64,000 nt of DNA from Amphiscolops sp. MND2022. Lineage: Eukaryota. The notes below the pieces were generated by a model. It was given only the letters and a program-made list of their open reading frames with translations. It ran no database searches and was not told where the DNA came from. The DNA is taken from positions 74,836,001 through 74,900,000 of the forward strand of contig OZ076409.1 in NCBI GenBank assembly GCA_964187785.1, given 5' to 3'. Shown here piece after piece: positions 25,201 through 33,466 of this stretch. The position numbers and the translations under genes are program-made. How positions within the stretch are numbered: the stretch's first letter is position 1; every line of letters begins with the position of its first letter.

Positions 25201-28200
25201 GGGTTGGCCGAACCGCGGCCTGGTTATTTCAATGAATTGCAGGTAACCTCTGTTTTGAAGGCAGGTAAATACATGTACGCTGCTCAGAGGGGTGAGCACA
25301 TGTCTCCTTTGAATGTTGCCTTGTGGAGCATCTGCAAGTCGAGTTTGAATGTTCTAAAAGTTTGCAAATCAGTGGCCTCCCGGTATTTAACATCATATGC
25401 CGCGGGAAAGGAAGAGCATGCTGACGTTTCAATTAACCCTGATAATGCTCACAATGTCCTAAATGTGCAAGTCCAAAAAATTGAAAACAAAAAGTTAGGT
25501 GGTGTTCGGAAAATTCTTGCTCGAGAGGCTAAACAGGAAAAAACTCAAGGTATTATTGATTCTACTACTATTGCAAGTACAGAATGTGTGTCGTGGATGT
25601 TACAACTTCCTACGGTAATAACAACAATGGATTTTGTTTCGGTTCCTACAGTGTCGCTTGAAAACCGCGGCGGTGTACTTTTAAAACGAAAAAACAACAC
25701 TCAGTCGAGAGCTAATGTACCCGGTGTAGCAAATGAAGGTCCTGCGGAAATTAGACAACATCATCTGCATTTTCCCCGTCATAGACTTTTCACAGGTGGA
25801 CAAAAAATTGTTATAGAAAGTGTGAATAAAACTAATTTTAGCACTGATAAAGTAACTGTTTTCTCTTTACGTCCTCCAGAATTGCTGTTTGTGAATAAAT
25901 TGAAATTGTATTACAGGTGGTTCGTTAGAGAAAAATTACCCGGTAAAAAAGAAACAATCTGTGTTAGGTTTTTGAAAAATGATGTTAAAGATTCAACCTG
26001 GGTGGATGGTGAAAATTATGCCATTCGATTGAGACCTTGCGCTGTTGGTGAATTTTCAAACTATGTTCAGGAATGTTTACTTACAACTCCAGCCGATGAC
26101 AGCCTTAATGACGCTTGGCGTGTGATCACTGAAGTTTTGAATGTTGCTTCACACCAAAATCGTTCTTTTTTCGTTTCTGCAGACCCCAATTTGTCAAACA
26201 CTCCCGCTGAAGTTGTGTTTTCTAAAGTTTATCCTCGAAGCCCGGCGAACTTTTTGATTCACTTTTTGCTTTCAAATGCTTGTTTTGAAACAGAACTAGA
26301 ACTTTTTGACGTGCCAACACTAAAAGATGCTTATATCAAAGGTAAAATCGTTCCCGACAAACAGGTTTTTGACACTGATGATTGCAATGAACTTTTGAAA
26401 AAGTACGTTTTGGAACAGCTTCGATACTTACCAGGTGGCACCAGATCTTTTGATGGTAACGTATTGGCTGCAAAATCTGCATTTAAAGGAATGTTGATAG
26501 ATAACGACATCTACAACGAAGGTCTTCCCATAACGACAATGGATACTTTGACTGAAGCATTAGAAGACAAAGCGAAAAAAATGCTTCGACAGTCCCAAGT
26601 AAACATAATAAAGTCGTTGACTCAAAAAAATTTACCAAGTTTTCCGTCTTCAGCTGACTTTGAAACAGTTACGAAAGAAACACCTTCGAATTGGTCAGCT
26701 GAATTGATAGCTAATGTTTTTCAATCCGCTGAGTCGCTACAAGAACAGTCGTTAATTTTAGAAACTCTAAAAAATTTGATTACTGACATTTTGTTTTCAG
26801 GTCACAAGTTTAATAAACATCAGCTAATTTTAGGTCCCCCCGGCACTGGTAAGACTTACGTGTTAACAATGGCTTTAGGTTTTGCTCTGTCGAAAGGTTT
26901 GTTTTGTCTTGTGACAAGTCTTGCATCAAGAAGATCGATGCACTTTGGCGGTGAACATATACATAAACTGTTTTGTTTGCCCCCGTGTTCGAAAGGCTCG
27001 CCAATCAAAATGGCTGAGCAGGCACTGACAAAACTGGATCACAGAAATGACAAGAAGATGCTCCTCCTGGCTTTGGAAGTGCTGTTCGTGGAAGAGGTAA
27101 GCTTGATAAGCGCCGAACAGTGGTCTGCTATGGACATAACACTTCAGGAGTTGAAGCAGTCAACTTTGCCTTTCGGTGGCGTTCTGGTAATTGCGAGTGG
27201 AGATCAGATGCAACTACCCTCCATCGACGGCAATGACATCTTCCTTAGTCCCGTTCTGTTGACAAACTTTGCGTTGTTTTTTCTCGGACATTTCGTTCGG
27301 ATGACTGATCAAGCTGGTCAAACTGTGCTTCGTCACATGTGGAAGCGTCCGATTAATCCTGCCGCTGTCGCTGAAATTTTGTCCATTTTGGATGCCAAGT
27401 GTACGTTTAAAGACAGTTGGGCGGATCTCCGCGACCAATGTGTCATGCGTGTTTTCGGAAAGCGGAAAGCCGAGCAAAGGGAGTTCGATAGTCACATTGA
27501 GCGAGTACGCGGCTCCGGAAATCCGTTTAAGATCTTTGAAGCTACGGACGAAATCTGTCTTAGTAAAAGCTCTGTTTGGAACGTAACCGAATCAACTCAG
27601 GTAAGTAACCACTTGAACGATAAGGTGAATGAGCCGAAAAAGTTGATAGTTTACAAGAAAGCTCTTGTGAGGGTAACCGTCAATTTGGAAAGCGAGCAGT
27701 TGTCTCAAGGTCAGGTAGGTGTAGTCCACGAGGTTCCCACCGGTGACTCGGTCACGGTGTACATCCCTGACACCAGTGGTGGAGACGTTGACATCACTCA
27801 GGCGATGCTGGACAACGAGGAGTACCTAAACTGGCGCTCAGTCACCCTTACGAGACACACAGGGTTTGTGCAGCCGTTCAGGAAGAATTCGATTCGCAGA
27901 ACGCAGATTCCTTTGATGAATAACGTTGCGATGACCGTGCACAAACTAATGGGTGACACGTTCGACAAGCTGGCTACGTCTATCTCGGCAACCGACAGCA
28001 GCTATGCCTTGTGGATGACGTCTCAAGTTTTCGTAATTGTGAGTCGGGTGAAGCAACTGAAAAATCTCACGTTTGTCGGAAACAAGTCAGCTACGTTGGA
28101 CGCAATAAGATTGATTTTTGAAACTAGGGACTTGCGAGAAGAGCGTCTTTTCAGGTTGTTAGATCAAATTCGGAACAATTCAAGATCTGGTTCCATTGTT

Positions 28201-28620
28201 CAACCAATCGATGTTACACAGATGTCCTATGTCCCGTTCAACAAAAACATTCCGCGATCTCCAACTGGTTTCGTGTATCTTTTGACAAGCCTAAACCCAA
28301 CATCGCCCGAAACTTTTTACGTTGGCCAAACAGAGCGCGCCTTGTTGACACGTTTGTCTGAGCATAATTGTGGAAACGGCTCGGAATTTACAAAATCGCC
28401 GCACCGGTTGCCTTGGGCCGTCGCTGCATTCATATGCAATTTTGACTCGAAATTTTCTCGCCGTGATCTCGAACAAGAACTTCATCGAGAAATGTTTGTA
28501 CGCCGCAATCGTTTGAAAACCCTGAATGACATGATCGCCCTTTTCCAAGAGAAAGTTTCTGATTTGAACTGCGGCCTTCATTTTTGCGTGTGCGGTGAGT
28601 ATCGGGCTACTTCAAGTTGA
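22297..28620 (+). CDS. Helitron-type Rep/helicase transposase with C-terminal GIY-YIG endonuclease domain (5'-partial, begins at assembly gap)
   Basis: Uninterrupted frame of 2107 aa plus stop after the gap. Rep motif I PDLFVTFTCN (24601), motif II WGRAEFQ..LQHYHILFWL (HYH 24871-24879), motif III RYLTSY (YxxxY, 25384-25398). PIF1-like motifs: GPPGTGKT (26833), GGEHIHKLF, LFVEEVSLIS, FGGVLVIASGDQMQLP, QIPL..AMTVHKLMGDT, QVFVIVSRV. GIY-YIG-like GFVYLL..FYVGQT..RLSEH (from 28267). Cys/His cluster CQEH..C..C..CPEKDC..CKTH near 23600-23760. Confidence 0.92.
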   Translation: MRDDFTKPLILLEKFKISPCLVNNENGLQLVTCSDHKNGVKLKYVHVPTNPATGNVSTRSADRLALMVSSVRTVRPLKIGTKSCTFTMCRVDSGRISGVSSTVLHKFRNFETPPTDRLVEIEKLMINCRNDVKDIIRQCCGNFEISKGLAEYFLAVESPVSISTIEENCKSAVVFDMESLMRMKDYVESCPEDVTDRDLALAPLLLGHKLDGYGCEPRSVSKRISENCDLFPFVYAFITQDSLWSKLLKLTSVNENFQLLCKSLYRFREYIWCRNNYSLPTVLRNFEEVFTALFPAGSNPLSNLVETLENCSVLTCQRNEVNNVSIDCTRFDTLLLVATGSNNRDLQLPFELTSSNGTTFYLTFVSTDSTLSLRYGPPFYGFWTVKNDGSRPLKDPTLEYQYNRNWKYLLYVSKSDLNEETKLRYLKYMGGQGVFFCQEHVKPLSTDYLNSNRKCSMPKNTGVSQICTRKSAWRCPEKDCFASVCKTHFREFCDTNDRVNVDNAPSTDAIQDSSDEETELLKDVDEEPDVNQPGPSFVLDNPQRSQEEQEVNMDEFDCPQLIVDAGFQDTDAFATDAGCEPVYLSNDSKFVPMHVLLNGECQLMKRLRYPKHIGKRFQRYFQNFVSTLPGKSIPLLQPEACLFPSIFYKQLEDGSFPGALPFFLYDDKKANSKLDYDGLHEHLRVRLKDATLLTSANLSYIMYAFDSVLNLSLTKCHTNQFFKRGLQTISIGKYRPRQLTSTESVLKMDSVDSDVHVNRLGTACASETPDLFVTFTCNQKEHPGVAEVVQAIYELYGSAPVEELKDVLQAYMVIIVRCWTRTIELLIDYLRFSDEHILGEILKVWGRAEFQSAAANLQHYHILFWLKNLVEDVLEKIACAHKHVFHEFKKLFHVNFGTVDSAEHAGELFDKCVRVQTHDCEKGHCLKKVRFDGERKCRFPPYPQSHEPWYKEFHQPHSKEALEALQEIGLAEPRPGYFNELQVTSVLKAGKYMYAAQRGEHMSPLNVALWSICKSSLNVLKVCKSVASRYLTSYAAGKEEHADVSINPDNAHNVLNVQVQKIENKKLGGVRKILAREAKQEKTQGIIDSTTIASTECVSWMLQLPTVITTMDFVSVPTVSLENRGGVLLKRKNNTQSRANVPGVANEGPAEIRQHHLHFPRHRLFTGGQKIVIESVNKTNFSTDKVTVFSLRPPELLFVNKLKLYYRWFVREKLPGKKETICVRFLKNDVKDSTWVDGENYAIRLRPCAVGEFSNYVQECLLTTPADDSLNDAWRVITEVLNVASHQNRSFFVSADPNLSNTPAEVVFSKVYPRSPANFLIHFLLSNACFETELELFDVPTLKDAYIKGKIVPDKQVFDTDDCNELLKKYVLEQLRYLPGGTRSFDGNVLAAKSAFKGMLIDNDIYNEGLPITTMDTLTEALEDKAKKMLRQSQVNIIKSLTQKNLPSFPSSADFETVTKETPSNWSAELIANVFQSAESLQEQSLILETLKNLITDILFSGHKFNKHQLILGPPGTGKTYVLTMALGFALSKGLFCLVTSLASRRSMHFGGEHIHKLFCLPPCSKGSPIKMAEQALTKLDHRNDKKMLLLALEVLFVEEVSLISAEQWSAMDITLQELKQSTLPFGGVLVIASGDQMQLPSIDGNDIFLSPVLLTNFALFFLGHFVRMTDQAGQTVLRHMWKRPINPAAVAEILSILDAKCTFKDSWADLRDQCVMRVFGKRKAEQREFDSHIERVRGSGNPFKIFEATDEICLSKSSVWNVTESTQVSNHLNDKVNEPKKLIVYKKALVRVTVNLESEQLSQGQVGVVHEVPTGDSVTVYIPDTSGGDVDITQAMLDNEEYLNWRSVTLTRHTGFVQPFRKNSIRRTQIPLMNNVAMTVHKLMGDTFDKLATSISATDSSYALWMTSQVFVIVSRVKQLKNLTFVGNKSATLDAIRLIFETRDLREERLFRLLDQIRNNSRSGSIVQPIDVTQMSYVPFNKNIPRSPTGFVYLLTSLNPTSPETFYVGQTERALLTRLSEHNCGNGSEFTKSPHRLPWAVAAFICNFDSKFSRRDLEQELHREMFVRRNRLKTLNDMIALFQEKVSDLNCGLHFCVCGEYRATSS

Positions 28621-28820
28621 ACATCGTAAAAGCTAAAAAGTAGGGGAAGCACATAGTTCTACTCTGATAGTGAACGTGTGTTGTTCTCCACATTAGGTTT
28701 TAAAACAACATGTAATTTTGTGTAAAAATGTAAAAGTAGGCACTGTAGGATATCGCACAAAGTTCTACTACACAGGATGGACACCGTGCGATACTCTGTT
28801 TGTTCACTGTAGGTTAGTTT

Positions 28821-28951
28821 GCTGGAATCGACGGAGAGCGTGGTTCCAGGTAGGTTTATATTAGGTTACTTAGCTGGAATCGACGATGAGCGTGGTTCCA
28901 GGTAGGTTTAAATTAGGTTGGTTTGCTGGAATCGACGATGAGCGTGGTTCC
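28821..28951 (+). repeat. 52-bp tandem repeat, ~2.5 copies (core GCTGGAATCGACGATGAGCGTGGTTCC)
   Basis: Core starts at 28821, 28873 and 28925; a further isolated copy lies at 33510-33535. Confidence 0.9.
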
Positions 28952-29638
28952 GGAAATGCTCAATCAGAATAAAAAAATTCATTTAGGTTTTGAAACATCA
29001 TGTAGCTTCGAGGTATGTTGCCCTTTTGAGCCATCTGCCTCTTAAAACTAGAACTTGAAGTAACCTTCATTCTATTTTTCAAGTGTATCCTTGTGTGTTG
29101 CCCTTTTGAGCCATCCGCAATGATACACTTCTTTTTTTTTGAAAATGGAGGTTAACCTGGTAAAAATGACAGCGATCCAGTTGAAGAAGAAGACGATGAA
29201 GAACGATGTCGCGGACAGCAGACGATGGTGCAGCTGAAGCAGAGCAGATGATGACGATCTAGAAGCAAGACCCCAGTGTAAAAGCTTGTGTAGCCCTTTT
29301 GAGCCTTCCAAGCTTATACACTAAATATAAAAATGAAAGTCTTAACAAATATAACCAGTGTGGCAGCACGTGTAGCCCTTCTGAGCCTTCCGTGCTGAGA
29401 CACTCTCCTTAATAAAAATAGGTCGAGAAATTCTAAAATCGGAATTATTAGACCAAAACATGACTTCCCTAAAACTGACTTTTTTCTACTTCGGACTTTT
29501 TGACTAAAAGACTCCAAGACTGAGACTTAATTGACTTTTTTCTAAAACCTAACCGTCCTTTTTCCTTACGTAGTGAGAATGAGTGGAGTTGAGCATTGAG
29601 ACGTTTTTGGATACATTCAAACTAGTGTTTATACCAGA

Positions 29639-30120
29639 GCGTCCAGATGAAGAAGAAAGAAGATTCGGAAGATGAGAATAATTAATATGTATAATAGTAA
29701 TAATTATAGTAGTTGCGTCCAGATGAAGAAGAAAGAAGATTCGGAAGATGAGAGTAATTGATATTTATAATAGTAATATTTATAGTAGGTGCGTCCAGAT
29801 GAAGAAGAAAGAAGATTCGGAAGTAGAGAATAAATAATATTTATAATAGTAATATTTATAGTAGGTGCGTCCAGATGAAGAAGAAAGAAGATTCGGAAGT
29901 AGAGAATAAATAATATTTATAATAGTAATATTTATAGTAGCTGCGTCCAGATGAAGAAGAAAGAAGATTCGGAAGATGAGAGTATTTGATATTTATAATA
30001 GTAATATTTATAGTAGGTGCGTCCAGATGAAGAAGAAAGAAGATTCGGAAGTAGAGAATAAATAATATTTATAATAGTAATATTTATAGTAGGTGCGTCC
30101 AGATGAAGAAGAAAGAAGAA
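29639..30120 (+). repeat. 76-bp minisatellite, ~6.3 copies
   Basis: GCGTCCAGATGAAGAAGAAAGAAG starts at 29639, 29715, 29791, 29867, 29943, 30019, 30095. Confidence 0.96.
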
Positions 30121-30311
30121 AAGAAGACGGTCCAGAACACGGAAAGAAGATTTGGGAAAAGATTATAATAACTCTGACATGTTTTTGTACTTCACTTTTT
30201 TGAAAGGTTGTAGGTTCAGAATAGGCTGTAGTGATTAGGTTGTATAAATTTCATTGTTCGGCATGATATGCAAATCACTGGGAGCCCTAACCGATAGTCC
30301 TCGTTTTGTAG

Positions 30312-30971
30312 ATGACAATGAACAGCCCAAGCGTCGTAATTATTGGAGCAAGTAACCTGGTGTCGAAGAAGAAAGAGCCCCTTGAAGCCTGTAACTGTTT
30401 GACTCCCGAATGCACGAGAAAAGACGAACACCTTACGAACCTGCCAGAGAATTCAACATTTCAAATTTTTGCTCAACCAGGGGCTAAAATAAACCATCCG
30501 AATGAAGTCAAGTCTGCCGAAACCTTGTTCAAAAAAGCTCTAGCACTCAGGCCCAAGACCATCGTTTTTTACATGGATATTATAATGAATTCCTTGACTA
30601 GTCCTCCCTGGTTGCCAAATTTACCTGTTTTGAGTCCACAAGAAGTTCTACGAAAATTGTTTGTTTTTGAAAGAAAAGCTAACGCCCAAGATATTAAGTT
30701 TGTTGTTGTTTTATGTAGGCGAAGGAAAGAGGATAAGCTAAAACTGCAACCTGGAACGTCACGTCAGCCTGGAGATGCACCCTTACCATTTGACTCCGAT
30801 TCAACTCTTGACAATGAAATGAATACCTTACTGAAAGAAAATTTTTTTTACTATAGTGATTTAAAACTCTCCAATGCAGCCTTCAAGATCAACGATTCAG
30901 CTCATCAGACTCAACTTTCACTCAATTTGTCCCTTGGGAAAATTATTCGTTTTTTTAATAAGGACACCTAA
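30312..30971 (+). CDS. SGNH/GDSL-hydrolase-fold protein (219 aa), accessory gene of the element
   Basis: Motifs in SGNH order: block I-like VVIIGASN, block II-like IFAQPGAKI, block III-like VFYMDIIMNSL, block V-like INDSAH (DxxH). A pyrimidine tract plus AG directly precedes the ATG. Confidence 0.7.
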   Translation: MTMNSPSVVIIGASNLVSKKKEPLEACNCLTPECTRKDEHLTNLPENSTFQIFAQPGAKINHPNEVKSAETLFKKALALRPKTIVFYMDIIMNSLTSPPWLPNLPVLSPQEVLRKLFVFERKANAQDIKFVVVLCRRRKEDKLKLQPGTSRQPGDAPLPFDSDSTLDNEMNTLLKENFFYYSDLKLSNAAFKINDSAHQTQLSLNLSLGKIIRFFNKDT

Positions 30972-32055
30972 TTCACTTGCTCTGTCAGTTTAAGCGCTTT
31001 AGCGTCTTAAACTGACCCCTTTTCCTCTCTCTTTTCTTCTTTTCCGCCTTTTTCTTTTTAATAGGGTTCTGGCGACGTGGAAGAGAAGGAGAGGAAACCT
31101 GGCCTGCTTGCAGGATTGCCAGCTGTCTTCGCGGAAATTGTTGTGCCTGTCTACGTCCTTGCCGCAACTTGGACCCGAAGCAGCTGTCTCACAAATCAAA
31201 AACAAAGAAATTCCAAAAAAAATCATAAAACTTCAAAAAAACCCCAAAAAAAAACAAAAAAACCCATAAAAACCAAAAAAACTTAAAACAAAAATATAAC
31301 CAAAACCCCCAAAAAAAACAAAAACTCAATTCAGAGAAATGCACAAACAAACGAAAAACCAGAAAACCTTAAGACAAAACTCGGAAACATATCTTACCAA
31401 AAGTGAAATCTCAAAAATCCTAAAACCTTGAAAAGTAGAGCAAAACTTTCCAAAAAATCCTTACAACTTAAAAACTATAAAACTTTCTTGTTTTCCAACT
31501 TTTTTCTTTTGCACTCTGTCTAAAGAGAATATTAACACTTTTAGTCTTTATGTAACGATTCCAATTTTATTTGTGAAGTAAATACTGTCAATTAAAATTT
31601 TTTCGTTAAAAAGTCTTTTGACATAAAAAAAACAATTTTCGAGTATTTTTTCCTTGGAATCCTACTTTCTAAAATTCACATGTTTGCTTAAGCTTCTTCA
31701 TACCCTGCATTTTCTTTACTGTTTGAGGATTCCACTATAAATTTTTTTTGCCCATTCCGAACTCAGCAGATACATGTCCTAATTTTCATTGAAGTTTGCC
31801 TTTGGTTCAATGCCTTTTGTTTTTTAAGCTCCTTCAAAACTCTCAAATACATGCGAAAAAATGTTTTTAGTAGAAAAAAAATGAAAAAAATCCTAACGAG
31901 ATGTCCCCTGGAGAAGATTCCAGCACTGTTTGTGTATCAACAGTTCGGTAATGGGTCTACAATGAAATTTAGGTTAACCTCCATTTTGTATTCGTATGGT
32001 CTTTTACTCTTGGAATGTGAAAACTGAAATTTTTGGTTGCTTTTCCAGATTCAAA

Positions 32056-33129
32056 ATGCCCGGTTTCTTGAAGGCAAATCTAAGCGAAGCCCAGGCTCAA
32101 AGTCTCCTGTGTAGGTTTACTCAAAGTTCAGTCGACGAGATAACCAGCGGCGAACCCTCGTCTCGACTGTATAGACTGTCTGCCGTGCTGTTATATGTAA
32201 CACAGCCGACAAGAAAGATTTCATTCAATAAACAAACCAAGAATTTTGGGTCTCGCAAAATGGAGGTGGACAAATACCACCGGTTTGTGGTATTTGGTAT
32301 CCCAGGTACAACAACTATAGTGGCGATGTTTTCGCCCAATAGCGAAGAGTCGCGTCGACTCTTCAGGTACAACATCGGACCGGGTAGCCATGTTCAAATA
32401 TTGAAACCGACCTTGGAAGGTCAACTGTCCAGAGGTGGCAGTTGCCTCATTTCAACTAAGGAGCCGTTGGTACCCTCCATCGAGCCTAACGATGACATTA
32501 CTTTACCGCCCTACGACGTGGAAGGAAGTTGTATCGAATTCCGGTACTTCAGTTTTGTCACGAAAAATCTATTGGTCGACAGTGCGGTGATTGCGGAGAG
32601 TGTGTGCCCAGGTAAGCTTTGCGACGGGCAAACTTACCACGAAAATTGCCCCTGTCTGGAAACATCACAGACAAAAATTTGGAACTTATTGTTCGACTTG
32701 AAATGCCCAGAAATGAGCAATAATCACTCCGAGATAATAAGCTTTTATTCTAACGAGACAACGGGGTACTTCGTGACGCCAGCGACACGAAAATTGAAGG
32801 GCGATTCCGACCGAATAGACAGGTTCGATCTGGATAATTCTGTACAACTGTTGGTGCAATCTGTCAATGAAACGTGTGGATTCAGAGTCTCCGGCTGGTT
32901 CAAACCAGCGATTGATGAAGAGGGGACAACGCTTGAACATAAAAATTTTCACGTCTGCTCATTGAAACCTGAAAGTCCTTTAACGTCTGAACAGGAAGGA
33001 CTGAAATACAGCACCGAAACGACGTCAACTGGTGCTTCAGCTGTTACAGCCGAAACAGGCTCAGATCCAACTCCGAGTTCAAATGCAACTGCACCTCCGG
33101 ACTTGACTGCGGCCCCGGATACACAATGA
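32056..33129 (+). CDS. Unknown protein (~357 aa from MPGFLK; ORF open from 31996), Cys-rich motif, possibly OB-fold/ssDNA-binding accessory protein
   Basis: Long ORF with protein-like composition, motif CPGKLCDGQTYHENCPC, beta-rich-looking N-terminal half and S/T/P/A-rich tail. TTTTCCAG acceptor-like site at 32041-32048 just before ATG 32056. The function is inference only. Confidence 0.65.
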   Translation: MPGFLKANLSEAQAQSLLCRFTQSSVDEITSGEPSSRLYRLSAVLLYVTQPTRKISFNKQTKNFGSRKMEVDKYHRFVVFGIPGTTTIVAMFSPNSEESRRLFRYNIGPGSHVQILKPTLEGQLSRGGSCLISTKEPLVPSIEPNDDITLPPYDVEGSCIEFRYFSFVTKNLLVDSAVIAESVCPGKLCDGQTYHENCPCLETSQTKIWNLLFDLKCPEMSNNHSEIISFYSNETTGYFVTPATRKLKGDSDRIDRFDLDNSVQLLVQSVNETCGFRVSGWFKPAIDEEGTTLEHKNFHVCSLKPESPLTSEQEGLKYSTETTSTGASAVTAETGSDPTPSSNATAPPDLTAAPDTQ

Positions 33130-33358
33130 TCGCCTGGATACACTACAATACTTTAGCGCTGTTGCGGTTGAGTGGCTTGTCGCCCTTTTGAGCCGTCAGT
33201 CACTCTCCGCAATTGAACTTAAAAATTTGATTTTGTTTATGGTAAAATAATTACCATTTTGTTTGAAATAAAAGCAAAGAAGTAAGCCTTTTTTGGGAAC
33301 AACTAAAACTAATTGATTGTTTTAATCCCACAGGTTTTTTTCACTCAATTGTCTTCAG

Positions 33359-33466
33359 GTACTTTTTTTCAACAGGCATCTCTATCCCTAAGGTAATTAA
33401 GTAGATTTAAATTAAGTACTTTTTTTCAACGGGCATCTATATTCTTAAGGTAATTAAGTAGATTCT
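33359..33466 (+). repeat. 57-bp direct duplication
   Basis: GTACTTTTTTT(T)CAACRGGCATCT..AAGGTAATTAAGTAGATT at 33359 and 33416. Confidence 0.85.

Noticed and set aside
22431..28581. Minus-strand and alternate-frame ORFs overlapping RepHel
   Set aside because: Short shadow ORFs of a long coding region, with no motifs.
29015..29390. GCCCTTTTGAGCC as a histone 3' stem-loop
   Set aside because: It does not form the canonical 6-bp stem with 4-nt loop, and no histone gene is nearby.
33282..33333. 52-nt GTAAGC..CTAAT..CACAG intron-like segment after ORF3
   Set aside because: The signals are plausible, but it lies downstream of an AATAAA with no supporting coding exon and cannot be supported without RNA data.
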